Below, piece by piece: positions 9,402-19,734 of a stretch of DNA of 64,000 nt. Under the pieces are notes generated by a model. The model was not told the origin of the DNA and made no database searches. It saw only the letters and a list, made by a program, of their open reading frames with translations. The translations under genes and the position numbers were made by a program. The DNA is taken from the NCBI GenBank assembly GCA_965213675.1, contig OZ243916.1, positions 576,001 to 640,000 on the forward strand, given 5' to 3'. The stretch is from an uncultured Candidatus Binatia bacterium (GTDB lineage Bacteria > Desulfobacterota > Binatia > UBA9968 > JAJDTQ01). Position 1 is the stretch's first letter, and each line of letters starts with the position of its first letter.

Positions 9402-10061
9402 TCAAGGCGAAACGCCGGAACGGGCCGCGCGTTTCTTCGCCCACGGCGCGTTGCGCCAGACCGCGATGCGGTAGCCGAGCAGCAGCGCCAGCACGCTCGC
9501 GAAGATCAGCGGCTCCCGCAGGTCGGCCTTCACCAGCCACAGGAAATGGACCACGCCGGCGATGGCGGAGAAGTAGACGAGGCGGTGGAGTTGCTGCCAG
9601 CGGCGCCCGCCGAGCCTGCGGATCCAGCCCGCGGTGGATGTGACGGCCAACGGCAGCATCAGCAGGAAGCCCACGGAACCCGCGGTGATGTACGGCCGCT
9701 TGAGCACGTCCTGGAGGATCGCCGCGGGGTCGAAGAAGTGGTCCAGCACTACAAAGGTGGCCAGGTGTACGCAGGTGTAGAAGAAGGCGAACAGGCCCAG
9801 CATGCGCCGCAAGCGGATGACGTTGGCGTAACCCGTAAGGCGCCGGAGCGGCGTCACCGCCAGCGTCAGCATCAGGAACACCAGCGCAAAGGTGCCGGTG
9901 GCATGGGTAATGAACTCCACCGGGTTGGCGCCGAGCCCGCCGGTGAAGATCCCCACCGTGAGCCGCGCCGCCGGAATCAGCGCCACCGCAAAGACGAGGA
10001 CCTTGATCCAGGTGAAGGACCTGCCCCGGGCAGATGGTTTCATCGGTCGTGCGTCCGGCAT
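9402..10061 (-). CDS. msrQ: Methionine sulfoxide reductase heme-binding subunit MsrQ (YedZ)
   Basis: GANPVEFITHATG, LTLAVTP, RRMLGLFAFFY-x-x-H, KRPYITAG, W-x-x-LHRLVY; follows msrP. Confidence 0.92.
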   Translation of the reverse strand: MPDARPMKPSARGRSFTWIKVLVFAVALIPAARLTVGIFTGGLGANPVEFITHATGTFALVFLMLTLAVTPLRRLTGYANVIRLRRMLGLFAFFYTCVHLATFVVLDHFFDPAAILQDVLKRPYITAGSVGFLLMLPLAVTSTAGWIRRLGGRRWQQLHRLVYFSAIAGVVHFLWLVKADLREPLIFASVLALLLGYRIAVWRNAPWAKKRAARSGVSP

Positions 10062-10128
10062 GACACTTCCCGTCCCCTGAACGGCATGCCGCCCGGGCGG
10101 GTGGACGGGGCGGCCGGGGCTCGGCGAC

Positions 10129-11088
10129 TCAGTAGAGCTTCTCCAGGTCCATGTCCTTGTACAGGTGCGCCACCTGCTCTTCATAGCCGTTGAACATGAG
10201 CGTCTTGCGCCGGAAGAAGTCGCCGATGCGGCGCTCGCTCGCCTGGCTCCAGCGCGGATGGTTCACCGTGGGGTTGACGTTGGAGTAGAAGCCGTACTCT
10301 TGCGCCGCCGCGACGTTCCATGACGTGGGCGGCTCCTTCTCCACGAAGCGAATCTTCACGATGGACTTGATGCTCTTGAAGCCGTACTTCCACGGCACCA
10401 CGAGGCGAATGGGCGCGCCGTTCTGATTGGGCATCACCTCGCCGTAGAGGCCCACGCCGAGGATGGTGAGCGGATTCATGGCCTCGTCCATGCGCAGTCC
10501 CTCGATGTACGGCCAGTCGAGGATGGCGCGTTTCTGGCCGGGCATCTGCTCGGGATCGTGCAGCGTGACGAACTGGACGTATTTGGCGTTGCCGGTGGGC
10601 TCCACCGCCTTGATCAGGTGACTCAGTTCGAACCCGATCCACGGGATCACCATGGACCACGCTTCCACGCAGCGAAGCCGGTAGACCCGTTCCTCCAGCG
10701 GCATCTTCAACAGCGCTTCGATGTCGAAGGTCTTGGGCTTGTGCACCTCGCCCTCCACTGCCACGGTCCACGGGCGGGTCTTGAGGCTCCCGGAATGGCG
10801 CTTGGGGTCGCCCTTGTCGGCGCCGAACTCGTAGAAGTTGTTGTAGCTGGTGATGTCCTTGAGCGGCGTCTGGGGCTCGTCGGTGGTGAACTTGCCCTTG
10901 CCGACGTTTTCGAGCCTGGCGGCGCCCCAGGCCGTGCCCACGGAATCCAGCAGCCCAGGGGCCAGAAGGCCCGTCCCCAAGGCAGCCGCGCCGACGGACG
11001 CCGTTTGAATGAACTGACGCCGGTTGAGATACAAGTCCTTGCCGGTGATCTCGCTGCTCTTGATGTCCGCGGGCCTCTTGATCAGCAT
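10129..11088 (-). CDS. msrP: Periplasmic protein-methionine-sulfoxide reductase catalytic subunit MsrP (YedY)
   Basis: Tat signal [58 protein letters not shown]. Confidence 0.96.
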   Translation of the reverse strand: MLIKRPADIKSSEITGKDLYLNRRQFIQTASVGAAALGTGLLAPGLLDSVGTAWGAARLENVGKGKFTTDEPQTPLKDITSYNNFYEFGADKGDPKRHSGSLKTRPWTVAVEGEVHKPKTFDIEALLKMPLEERVYRLRCVEAWSMVIPWIGFELSHLIKAVEPTGNAKYVQFVTLHDPEQMPGQKRAILDWPYIEGLRMDEAMNPLTILGVGLYGEVMPNQNGAPIRLVVPWKYGFKSIKSIVKIRFVEKEPPTSWNVAAAQEYGFYSNVNPTVNHPRWSQASERRIGDFFRRKTLMFNGYEEQVAHLYKDMDLEKLY

Positions 11089-11280
11089 AAGTGCTTCCTT
11101 TCCTCGTTCAGGCACGGTGAGTGGTGTCGCACTCACTTCAGTGTGGCATGGGAACCCCTCATGTCAACTCTCGACGGGTTCAAGGGCCATCATGCCGGGA
11201 AGGCGCGGAAATGGACCGTGGGGCCATTTCGTAGTAGATTCCTCCATCCCGTTGATTCCCTGGAAATTGGAGGCGCCACG

Positions 11281-12246
11281 ATGCAGGAGAAGATCGTCTA
11301 TCTGAACGGCAGCTTCGTGCCCGAGAGCGAGGCCAGGGTCTCGGTCCTCGACATGGGCTTCCACGCTGGCGACGGCGTCTACGACGTGACCCGCACCTTT
11401 CGCCACCAGCCGTTCAAGCTCAAGGAACACAATGAGCGGCTGTTCCGCTCCCTGAAGTATACCCGCATCGACTGCGGCCTGTCGCTGGACGAAATGGAGG
11501 CGGCGGCCCTGGAGGTGCTCGAGCGCAACCGGGACCTCCTGGAGCCCGATGACGACTTTGCCATCTGGCAGGTGGTGAGCCGGGGAGAACGGTCTTCGAA
11601 GGGCGGACGGGCCAAGGGGAAGGCCACGGTGGCGATCTACTGCCACGACGTGGATTTCACCGGCTTCTGCCGCCACTACCTCGAGGGGGTCCCCATCATC
11701 GTGCCCGCCACCCGGCGCATTCCGCCCCAGTGCCTGGAATCCAAGGCCAAGATCACCAACAAGATGAACCACATCATCGCCACCTTCGAGGCCAGGCAGG
11801 CGGACCCCAAGGCCATCCCGCTGATGCTGGACCTTGACGGCAACATCGCCGAGAGCAACGCTCACAATTTCTTCGCGGTCATGGGCCACAAGGTCTACAC
11901 GCCGGGCTCCAAGAACGTACTGGGGGGCATTACCCGCGCCGTCCTCGGCGAGTTGTCCGGTCGCCTGGACCTGGAGGTGGAGGAGACCAATCTCACCCCC
12001 TACGATTGCCTGAACGCGGACGAGGCCTTCCTCACCAGCACCAGCCCCACCATCGTGCCCATCAGGAGCATCAACGGCGTCGGCTTTTCCTGCGACGCTC
12101 CCGGTCCCGTGACCGTGCGGCTGCTCAAGGGCTGGTCCGAACTCGTGGGTGTGGACATCGTCGCCCAAGCCATTGACCACATGGGGGAGGAGAAGGGCGA
12201 GTTGATGGCCGCGTGGAACGAGAAGCAGGCCGCGCTGGGAATGTAG
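11281..12246 (+). CDS. PLP-dependent aminotransferase class IV (branched-chain/D-amino acid type)
   Basis: Start MQEKIVYLNG; GDGVYD-x-x-R, H-x-x-RL, AKITN (PLP Lys), L-x-GITR, ADEAFLTST. Confidence 0.88.
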   Translation: MQEKIVYLNGSFVPESEARVSVLDMGFHAGDGVYDVTRTFRHQPFKLKEHNERLFRSLKYTRIDCGLSLDEMEAAALEVLERNRDLLEPDDDFAIWQVVSRGERSSKGGRAKGKATVAIYCHDVDFTGFCRHYLEGVPIIVPATRRIPPQCLESKAKITNKMNHIIATFEARQADPKAIPLMLDLDGNIAESNAHNFFAVMGHKVYTPGSKNVLGGITRAVLGELSGRLDLEVEETNLTPYDCLNADEAFLTSTSPTIVPIRSINGVGFSCDAPGPVTVRLLKGWSELVGVDIVAQAIDHMGEEKGELMAAWNEKQAALGM

Positions 12247-12253
12247 CGGCAGC

Positions 12254-13180
12254 GTGGCCCCCACCAACCGCCCGCCCCGCGGGCTGAAGCATTACCTCTA
12301 CGTCGCCGTCTCCGGCCTGACCATGGGCGCCGCCGACGTCGTCCCCGGCGTCTCGGGCGGCACCATGGCCTTCATCATGGGCGTCTACGAAGAACTCGTG
12401 GACGCCCTCAAGACCTTCAACTGGCGGCTGCTGCTCCTGCTTCTGCGCCTGCGCTTCCGCGAGGCGGCGGCCGCCGTTCCCTGGCGGTTCCTGGCCGTAC
12501 TCGGCGCCGGCATTGCCGCCGCCGTCCTGGTGCTGGCCGGCCCCATCGGCTGGCTGCTGGACCATCACCCGGTGCCGCTGTTCGCCTTCTTCTTCGGCTT
12601 GGTCCTGGCCAGCATCGTCACCGTGGCCGCCCGGTTGCGCGGGTCCGTGGCCGCCGTGCTGTGCCTGCTGCTGGGCACGGCGGCCGCCTGGTGGCTGGTG
12701 GGCCTGGTCCCCGCGGCAATGCCCCACGATGCCGTGACGCTCTTCCTGAGCGGGGCCGCCGCCATCACTGCCATGATACTGCCCGGCATCTCCGGCTCCT
12801 TCATCCTCCTGCTCCTGGGCCAGTACGAATTCGCCATCGACGCCGTCCGTGACCGGGACTTCCTCGCCATCCTGCCTCTTGCCAAGGGCGCCATCTGCGG
12901 CATCCTGCCGTTCGTGCGGATCCTGAGCTGGCTGCTGCGCCGGCACCACCAGCTCACCCTCGCGCTCCTCATCGGCTTCATGGCCGGGTCGCTGCGGAAG
13001 ATCTGGCCGTACAAGGCGGTGGTGCCGGGACAGGGCGAGGGGGCGGCCTTCCGGGAAATCAACGTGCTGCCGGCGGTGGATGGCGCCTTCTGGCTGGCGG
13101 CGGGTTTGTGTGTCCTTGGATTCCTGTTGGTGCTTGGCTTGAACCGGATGGCTCGGACAAGAGGGCCGGCCGGTGCATAG
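12254..13180 (+). CDS. DUF368 membrane protein (undecaprenyl-phosphate translocase family)
   Basis: MGAADVVPGVSGGTMAF and AMILPGISGSFILLLLG repeats; GSLRKIWP. Confidence 0.9.
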   Translation: MAPTNRPPRGLKHYLYVAVSGLTMGAADVVPGVSGGTMAFIMGVYEELVDALKTFNWRLLLLLLRLRFREAAAAVPWRFLAVLGAGIAAAVLVLAGPIGWLLDHHPVPLFAFFFGLVLASIVTVAARLRGSVAAVLCLLLGTAAAWWLVGLVPAAMPHDAVTLFLSGAAAITAMILPGISGSFILLLLGQYEFAIDAVRDRDFLAILPLAKGAICGILPFVRILSWLLRRHHQLTLALLIGFMAGSLRKIWPYKAVVPGQGEGAAFREINVLPAVDGAFWLAAGLCVLGFLLVLGLNRMARTRGPAGA

Positions 13181-13191
13181 GACAACGCTGC

Positions 13192-13349
13192 CTAGTGTGG
13201 TGTCTGGTTAATTCGCGAAAGCGAAAACTTGCCATCGCCGTGCCTTCGGCCGTCCGTTTGAGGAGAATATCAGGTCAAATTTGACGAGTTCGAGCGGCCG
13301 AAGGGATGGATGAGAGCGGATTCGCAGCCGTGAACTCCTACGGCGCAAG
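13192..13349. repeat. Dispersed palindromic element (MITE-like or structured RNA), copy 1 with CTAGTGTGGTGTC end
   Basis: Reverse complement of 13211-13349 matches 27441-27579 at 113/139 nt ungapped (manual count); internal GTCAAATTTGAC palindrome and CCTTCGGCCG/CGGCCGAAGG inverted repeat. Confidence 0.8.
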
Positions 13350-13352
13350 GAT

Positions 13353-14039
13353 TCACGGACCGTCCTGCAGCTTCCCGTAGGCGTCAGCATACCGCTCCCC
13401 GAAGACCCTCAGCGACCGGGCGTCGTAGTGCAGGCGGTCGCCCTTGTCGGTGAGGCCTTGGGCGTTGACGAAGGCGCTGTGGGGAACGGTTTCCGGGACC
13501 TTGCGCAGTTCCGCGTTCACGATGCGGTAGTGCGGGAAGTCGGCACGCTTGGAAAGATAGCCTCCCAGCTCTCCCACGATCACCGGCAGAAAAGGGGTGT
13601 CGAGCTGCTCTCTCAACCTGGCCGCCATGACGCTGAACCGCTGGAGGTAACTGGAGGCGTCGGCTTGGGACTTGGAGTCGTGCTCTCCCTGGTGCCACAG
13701 CACGGCCTTGATGGCGCCGTCCCCGGCAGCCTCGCGAGCGGCGGCCATGGCGCCTTCATGGAGGTCGGCGCCGGGCATCCAGCGTTCGAGAGGCGTGGAA
13801 CCCACGGCCCGGGGCACCAAGCCGATTTCCCGGTCCGGGCCGGCGGCCAGCACCGCGCGGGCGAAGCTCATGGCCAGGCCGATGCCGGCGGTGGGCCGGT
13901 CATGGTGCAACGGCTCTTCGGCGGTGGCCCAGCGGCCGTCCTGGAACACCCGGATGCGTTCGTCGCGGATGGGCGCCACGTCTTCCAGGAGCCCGCGGCC
14001 GGCCATGTTGGACTGGCCCATGAGGAGGAAGATGTCCAT
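13353..14039 (-). CDS. Sialate O-acetylesterase (SASA/CE6, SGNH-like) family protein
   Basis: LLMGQSNMAGRG, LWHQGE-D, D-x-LH motifs. Confidence 0.88.
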   Translation of the reverse strand: MDIFLLMGQSNMAGRGLLEDVAPIRDERIRVFQDGRWATAEEPLHHDRPTAGIGLAMSFARAVLAAGPDREIGLVPRAVGSTPLERWMPGADLHEGAMAAAREAAGDGAIKAVLWHQGEHDSKSQADASSYLQRFSVMAARLREQLDTPFLPVIVGELGGYLSKRADFPHYRIVNAELRKVPETVPHSAFVNAQGLTDKGDRLHYDARSLRVFGERYADAYGKLQDGP

Positions 14040-14057
14040 GGCTTGTGGAGGGATGGT

Positions 14058-15044
14058 TCAGTAGGGCAGCCGGGTTCCGGCGCCTTCCTCCAAGGCTTTC
14101 CGGTACAGCCACGCGGCCAGCGAGATGTCCTGGTTCACCAGGCCGATGGCGCGCATGAAAATCCGTTCCCGGTCGTCTTCCCGGCCGGGGACCTTGCCCG
14201 ACAGGACGTCCGGGATCTCGGCGTAGACGTCATCGGCGGTGAGGAAGCCTTCCTTGAGCATCCGGTCGATGTCGGACTTCTTCCTGCACTGGGCCCAACT
14301 GTCCACCACGAACTTTCCCATGCCCTTGTAGGCGGCGTTCTCCAGTTCCTGATGCTTGCCGATGGAGTAGACGAAGGCCCCTTCGGAGATCCATTCCTGC
14401 TTGACGAAGGGCTCGGCGGTGGTGGTGGCGGACACCACCAGGTCCGCGCCGTCCAGCGCCTGTGGAGCGGTGTCGCAGGGGACGATGTTCAGGGCCAACT
14501 CCTCGCCCACCTCCCGGGCGAAGGCCTCCCGGGTCTCGGGGCGGCGGGACAGCACCCGCACCTCCTTGAGGTCGAAGGCGCGCGCCATGACCGGCACGGT
14601 GGCGCTGGCGGTGTCGCCGACGCCGAGCATGGCCATCACCGACGCGCCCCGGCGCGAGAGGCTCTGGCAGGCCACGGTGGCGGCGGCGCCGGTCCTGACG
14701 GAGTGGCACCAGTCCTCGTCCATGATGGCGGTGACCTCGCCGCCCTGGCGGTCGCTCAGGATGAGGATGCGCCGGGGGCCCTGGGGCGGCCGTGACGGGT
14801 CGCGGCTCCCGCCCGCGGCCTTGATGGCGCGGAAGCGGAACCCGGCGGCGGCGTCCAGCGAGCAGCCGGTGACCCAATACTGCCAGCCCTGCTCGGGCTT
14901 GACGGCTAGATCCTCCGGAACGGACCAGCCCACGCGTCCGGCGCTGTGGTCCTGCAGCGCGGACTTGACGATGTCGATGGCCTCGCCCAGGTCGAGGAGG
15001 CGCTTCACGTCGTCGTTGGACAGATAAAGGATTCCGTTGGCCAT
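14058..15044 (-). CDS. Ornithine cyclodeaminase/mu-crystallin family protein (paralog 1)
   Basis: RTGAAA, LGVGDTA Rossmann loop, ADLVVSAT, G-x-x-x-QDI. Confidence 0.88.
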   Translation of the reverse strand: MANGILYLSNDDVKRLLDLGEAIDIVKSALQDHSAGRVGWSVPEDLAVKPEQGWQYWVTGCSLDAAAGFRFRAIKAAGGSRDPSRPPQGPRRILILSDRQGGEVTAIMDEDWCHSVRTGAAATVACQSLSRRGASVMAMLGVGDTASATVPVMARAFDLKEVRVLSRRPETREAFAREVGEELALNIVPCDTAPQALDGADLVVSATTTAEPFVKQEWISEGAFVYSIGKHQELENAAYKGMGKFVVDSWAQCRKKSDIDRMLKEGFLTADDVYAEIPDVLSGKVPGREDDRERIFMRAIGLVNQDISLAAWLYRKALEEGAGTRLPY

Positions 15045-15084
15045 GGCGTTCCCCGGCTATCGCGGGCCCCGCGGCCCGGCCGCT

Positions 15085-16221
15085 TCATGGTTCGATGATG
15101 TGGAGCCGTTCGGCACCGGCGGTCAGGGGCTCCGCCCCGTCCGCCGTGATGAATACGTCCTCTTCCAGGTGGATGGAGGCCCCCGGGATGCGCACCTTCG
15201 GCTCGATGGCGAGTACCATGCCCACCTCCACGTTGCGCACCTCGGCCTCGCTGATGGAGGGGGGTTCGGCCCGGGCCATTCCGATGCCGTGTCCGATGCG
15301 CTTGGGGCTGTCCACCTCGGGGTATCCGTTCCGCTTGAGCTCGACGTTGGCCACCCGCGGGATCTCGGCGATGGGCGTCCCCGGCTTCATCACCTTCTTG
15401 CATTCCTGGATCAGGTGCAGCGCCAGCCCGTGTTCCTTGATCTGGTCGGCGCTCGGCGCGCCGAAGACCGCCTGGCGGGTGATGTCGCCGTAGTACCCCT
15501 CGTAGCAGGCGCCGAAGTCGGCGATCAGGCGGTCGCCTTTCTCGTAGCGCCGCTCGTCGTACTTGGTGGAGGCGTTGAGCATGAGGAAGCCGGGATGGCG
15601 CGGATGGGCGCCTTCCTCGATCATGGCGATGTAGAGGCGCTCGGCCACCTCCCTGCGGGTCACCCCGGCCTTCAGGTCCGGCAGGATGCGGTCGAAGGCG
15701 TTTACCGAGATGTCGCACGCCTTGCGCATGTTCTCCATCTCCCGCGGGCTCTTGTAGAGCCGCTGGTCGGTCAGGGCCGCGGACCCGTCCTCGATCTTGG
15801 CCTTGGGCAAAGCCTCGGTGAGCTGGGTGAGATAGTTGACCGGGAAGCCCAGCCGCTGGTCGTCGTCGAGCTCGAACCCCAGCTTCGCCGAGCCGTAGCC
15901 CATGTCGTTCAGGATCCCGCTCAGCATCTCACGCGGAAAGGGCACGTCCACGTAGCTCCGCACCTCGCCGAACCAGGGCAACGCCTCGGCCTTGGTCTTG
16001 TTGTTGCCGTACACCAGTGCGAAGGGCTTGCCCTCCCTGGGAATGAAGCAGATCTCGGGCCGCATCAGGTGGTCGAACTGGTAGCTGACCAGGCCGGTGA
16101 AGTACCAGAAGTTGTCGCGGCTCGAGGCCACGATCAGGTCCAGCTCGTCCCGCTCCATGAGCCGCTGCAGCTCCTGGTGCCGTGATTCGTACTCTTCCTG
16201 GGGAAACGGTGCTTCGATCAT
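15085..16221 (-). CDS. M24 Xaa-Pro peptidase/creatinase family protein
   Basis: Creatinase N-domain (EYESR...YFTG); DFGA..GYYGDITR, GHGIG, IEP, LEED. Confidence 0.85.
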   Translation of the reverse strand: MIEAPFPQEEYESRHQELQRLMERDELDLIVASSRDNFWYFTGLVSYQFDHLMRPEICFIPREGKPFALVYGNNKTKAEALPWFGEVRSYVDVPFPREMLSGILNDMGYGSAKLGFELDDDQRLGFPVNYLTQLTEALPKAKIEDGSAALTDQRLYKSPREMENMRKACDISVNAFDRILPDLKAGVTRREVAERLYIAMIEEGAHPRHPGFLMLNASTKYDERRYEKGDRLIADFGACYEGYYGDITRQAVFGAPSADQIKEHGLALHLIQECKKVMKPGTPIAEIPRVANVELKRNGYPEVDSPKRIGHGIGMARAEPPSISEAEVRNVEVGMVLAIEPKVRIPGASIHLEEDVFITADGAEPLTAGAERLHIIEP

Positions 16222-16422
16222 GCGCATGCCTCCGTACGGGTGTAGTGATGGGACGGCTGGAACATATCAAGGGGTAGTGAGGGCCGCAAACCAGCCTGGC
16301 GCCGCGCCGCCCGGGGTCCCGCCTTCGTGGGAAACCGTGCCGTGTCCCGCAAGCTTCTGCGGCGCGCGCCGCGGAAATGGACGGAACGGGACAACCGGGG
16401 AGCGGGACGCCTCTGGCGGACT

Positions 16423-17811
16423 TCAGAACTCCGCGAATCCCGGGACTCGGGGGAAGGGAATGACGTCGCGGATGTTGCCCATGCCGGTCATGAACTGAAT
16501 CAGCCGCTCAAAGCCCAGCCCGAAGCCCGCGTGGGGCGCGCTGCCGTAACGCCGCAGCTCCAGGTACCACCAGTATTCTTCTTCGGGCAGGCCGCATTCC
16601 CGGATACGCTGGCGGAGCTGCGTCATACGGTGCTCGCGCTGGGAGCCGCCGATGATCTCGCCGATCTTGGGCACGAGCACGTCCATGGCGGCCACGGTGC
16701 GCTCGTCGTCGTTGAGGTACATGTAGAACGCCTTGATCTCCTTGGGATAGTCGATGACCATCACGGGCCGTCCCACGTGCTCTTCCACGATGTAGCGTTC
16801 GTGCTCGCTCTGGAGGTTGACGCCCCACGACACCGGATACTCGAAAGAGCGGCCGGAACGCTGGAGGATGTCCACGGCCTCCGTATAGGTCATGCGCTCG
16901 AAGGGCTGCTCCACGATGTGGGCAAGCGTTTCCAGCACGGTGGTGTCGATGCGCTGGTTGAAGAACGCCATGTCGTCGGCGCAGTTTTCCAGCACGTCCC
17001 GGGTGATTTCCTTGAGGAACGCTTCCGCCAGGTCCATGTCGCCCTGGATGTCGCAGAAGGCCATTTCCGGCTCCACCATCCAGAACTCCGCCAGGTGGCG
17101 GCTGGTATTGGAGTTCTCCGAGCGGAACGTCGGGCCGAACGTGTAAACGTGGCTCAAGGCCAGGGCCGCGATCTCCGCCTCGAGCTGGCCGGACACCGTG
17201 AGGCGCGCTTCCTTGCCGAAGAAGTCCTGGGAGTAGTCCACCCGGCCCGCCGGGGTGCGGGGCGCGTCGTCCGGGTCCAGCGCGGAGACCCGGAACATCT
17301 CGCCGGCGCCTTCGCAGTCGGACAGCGTGATGATGGGGGCATGCAGGTGGATGAAGCCACGCTCCTGAAAGAACCGGTGAATGGCCTGGGCGGCGGCGTT
17401 GCGCACGCGCATCACCGCGCCGAAGGTGTTGGTGCGCATGCGCAGGTGCCCCAGGGTGCGCAGAAACTCGAAGCTGTGACGCTTCTTCTGGAGCGGATAG
17501 TCGTCGTCGGCGCGGCCCACCACCTCCACCCGCGCCGCCTGGATCTCGTAGCGCTGCCCCTTGCCCGGCGATTCCACCAGCCGTCCCGCCACGCGTACGC
17601 AGCAGCCAGTGGTAAGCCTGCCCACCTCGGACTGGTAGTTGGCCAGTTCCGGCGCGGCCACCGCCTGGATGCCGGCCATGCACGATCCGTCCGAAACGTC
17701 GAGAAACGAGACATTCTTGCTGTGGCGCACGGTGCGCAGCCAGCCTTCCACCGTCACGTCCGCGCCCGCCACGCCGCGGTCGAGCACGTCCTTGATACGT
17801 TCCTTTGCCAT
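16423..17811 (-). CDS. asnS: Asparagine--tRNA ligase
   Basis: [65 protein letters not shown]. Confidence 0.97.
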   Translation of the reverse strand: MAKERIKDVLDRGVAGADVTVEGWLRTVRHSKNVSFLDVSDGSCMAGIQAVAAPELANYQSEVGRLTTGCCVRVAGRLVESPGKGQRYEIQAARVEVVGRADDDYPLQKKRHSFEFLRTLGHLRMRTNTFGAVMRVRNAAAQAIHRFFQERGFIHLHAPIITLSDCEGAGEMFRVSALDPDDAPRTPAGRVDYSQDFFGKEARLTVSGQLEAEIAALALSHVYTFGPTFRSENSNTSRHLAEFWMVEPEMAFCDIQGDMDLAEAFLKEITRDVLENCADDMAFFNQRIDTTVLETLAHIVEQPFERMTYTEAVDILQRSGRSFEYPVSWGVNLQSEHERYIVEEHVGRPVMVIDYPKEIKAFYMYLNDDERTVAAMDVLVPKIGEIIGGSQREHRMTQLRQRIRECGLPEEEYWWYLELRRYGSAPHAGFGLGFERLIQFMTGMGNIRDVIPFPRVPGFAEF

Positions 17812-17948
17812 GACTGTTCAGTGTCTCCTTTCCGAGGGATCATCGCGACCGGTCCGAAACCCGTCGTCGCTCAAGGCTCCCGAGTCCCTCCCTGCTCCCG
17901 GCCTCTGCAGCATTGCGGTGAACGTGTGAATCACGATTTGGGCGCCGC

Positions 17949-18662
17949 TCACATCCCCAGCCGCAGGATCATGCGCAGGGCCAGCAGCGTCACGACCCAC
18001 TTGAGAACCGTGCGGAACAGCGCTTCCGGAACCCGCGCGCGCAGCCGGGTGCCCACCCAGGAGCCCAGAGTCGTGCTCACCACCATGCCGGCGATCAGGT
18101 GAAGGTACGGCGCAAAGGCGAATCCAAGCAAGAAGAAAGTGGACACCTTGATGACGTGCACCGCGGTCATCTGGACGGCGTGGGTGATGACGAGGCGGTC
18201 CCGGGGAAGTCCCTCGCGGATGAGGAAGGGCATGTTGAGGGGGCCCACCACGCCGACGAACAAGGACAGGAATGCCTGCACGCCGCCCACGATGGCGAAT
18301 TTCCCCGGAATGCGCGGGACGCTTCGGATGCCGGGCGCCCAGGTGATGAGCAGGATGAAGCCGCCGATGACCACGGGCAGGTATTCGGAGTCGATGTCCA
18401 CCAGCAGCATCGAGCCCAGCGACGCCCCCAGGAGCCCGCCCAGAACGAATGGCAGGAAGAACGTCCACACCACATGGCGCAGGCCGAACAGCGCGCGCGT
18501 GAGGTTGCTGAAGATCTGCACCATGCCGTGCACCGGGATGATGGCGGGGGTGGGAATGAGCCCCGGCATGACCGACATGAGCAGGATGCCGCCGCCGAGG
18601 CCCACCACGGCGGCGGTGACCGCGGCGACGAAAGCGATGCCTATGAGGAACAGTTCGGTCAC
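17949..18662 (-). CDS. Sulfite exporter TauE/SafE family protein
   Basis: GLGGGILL, IPVHG-VQ-x-SN-x-R; multiple TM segments. Confidence 0.8.
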   Translation of the reverse strand: MTELFLIGIAFVAAVTAAVVGLGGGILLMSVMPGLIPTPAIIPVHGMVQIFSNLTRALFGLRHVVWTFFLPFVLGGLLGASLGSMLLVDIDSEYLPVVIGGFILLITWAPGIRSVPRIPGKFAIVGGVQAFLSLFVGVVGPLNMPFLIREGLPRDRLVITHAVQMTAVHVIKVSTFFLLGFAFAPYLHLIAGMVVSTTLGSWVGTRLRARVPEALFRTVLKWVVTLLALRMILRLGM

Positions 18663-18762
18663 GGAGCGGAGGGACCGTCAGGGGCCAGGGACTGGCCGGT
18701 CTGGACCGTTGCCTCCGGGACCTGTCCCACTGTCCCTGCTTCCAGCTTCTGCCACATCGGGG

Positions 18763-19566
18763 CTACGATTCCGGGTCCGGGGTCGTGTCCCGTCGCACCG
18801 GATTGCGCAGGGTGCCGATGTGGTTGATGTCGACGGCCACCACGTCGCCATCCTTCATGTCCTCGGTGGCGCCGTCGGTGCCCATCCACAGAATGTCTCC
18901 GGGCGCCAGGGTGAGGTAGCGGCTCATGGCGCTGATGTAGCGGGCCACGCTGAAGATGGCGTCCTTCACCTGGTACTCGCCCACCACCCGGTCGTTCAGG
19001 GTGACGGTGACGTGCAGGTCGTCGGGATGGAGGTCGGTGACGATCCACGGGCCCATGGGCTTGAAGGTGTCGGTGTTCTTGGCGCGCCACAGGGTGCGGT
19101 CGGACCGCTGCCAGGTGCGTTCGCTCACGTCGTTGCCGATGGTGTAGCCGAACACGTAGTCCAGCGCCTCGTTCTCGGGCACGTTGCGGCAGGTGCGTCC
19201 GAGGACGGCCACCAACTCGCCCTCATACTGCACCCGCTCGGAGGCATCCCGCGGGATGACGATGGCGTCGCCGTCAGCCGCCAGCGCATTCACGGCGCGG
19301 TAGCCCACGTCCGGCTTGGGTGGGAACACCGGCTCTTCGCCCCGCACCTGGGCGGCGAAGGTCACGTGCTCGCGGTAGTTGACCCCGGCGGCGTAGAAGG
19401 TTGGCGGCACCACCGGGGCCAGCAGCTTCACGTCCGCCAGCGCATGGGTGTCGCCGGTGACGGTATAGTTCTCGAAGGGGCTGCCGCCGATGACATGGAC
19501 GGTGTCCGCGTCGTCGATGAAGCCAAAGGCCGTCTTGCCGCTGCTGTGGAATCTGCACCACCTCAT
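18763..19566 (-). CDS. Fumarylacetoacetate hydrolase family protein
   Basis: GVNYREH, YEGELV, GYTIGNDVSER-WQ, AKNTDTF-PMGP, PGDILWMGT. Confidence 0.9.
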   Translation of the reverse strand: MRWCRFHSSGKTAFGFIDDADTVHVIGGSPFENYTVTGDTHALADVKLLAPVVPPTFYAAGVNYREHVTFAAQVRGEEPVFPPKPDVGYRAVNALAADGDAIVIPRDASERVQYEGELVAVLGRTCRNVPENEALDYVFGYTIGNDVSERTWQRSDRTLWRAKNTDTFKPMGPWIVTDLHPDDLHVTVTLNDRVVGEYQVKDAIFSVARYISAMSRYLTLAPGDILWMGTDGATEDMKDGDVVAVDINHIGTLRNPVRRDTTPDPES

Positions 19567-19588
19567 TCGAAGTTCTCCCACACACATT

Positions 19589-19716
19589 CGCCATTCCCGC
19601 GAAAGCCTGCCCTCGACCGTGATCGGGGGCGGGAAACCAGGAGCGGGGGCGTGGGACAAACCTTCGCGCGGCCCAACCGCCCAGACCCCTGGATTCCCGC
19701 ATTCGCGGGAATGACG
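19589..19716. repeat. REP-like inverted pair (CATTCCCGCGAA...TTCGCGGGAATGAC)
   Basis: CGCCATTCCCGCGAAAGC at 19589 and GGATTCCCGCATTCGCGGGAATGACG ending at 19716; intergenic between prpD and the FAH gene. Confidence 0.8.
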
Positions 19717-19734
19717 GTTACGAGTTGCCGTCGC

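Noticed and set aside
13208-13390. Similar short peptides from ORFs 13208-13390 and 27442-27738 as a small-protein family
   Set aside because: The similarity is explained by the DNA-level palindromic repeat; starts and stops are not shared.
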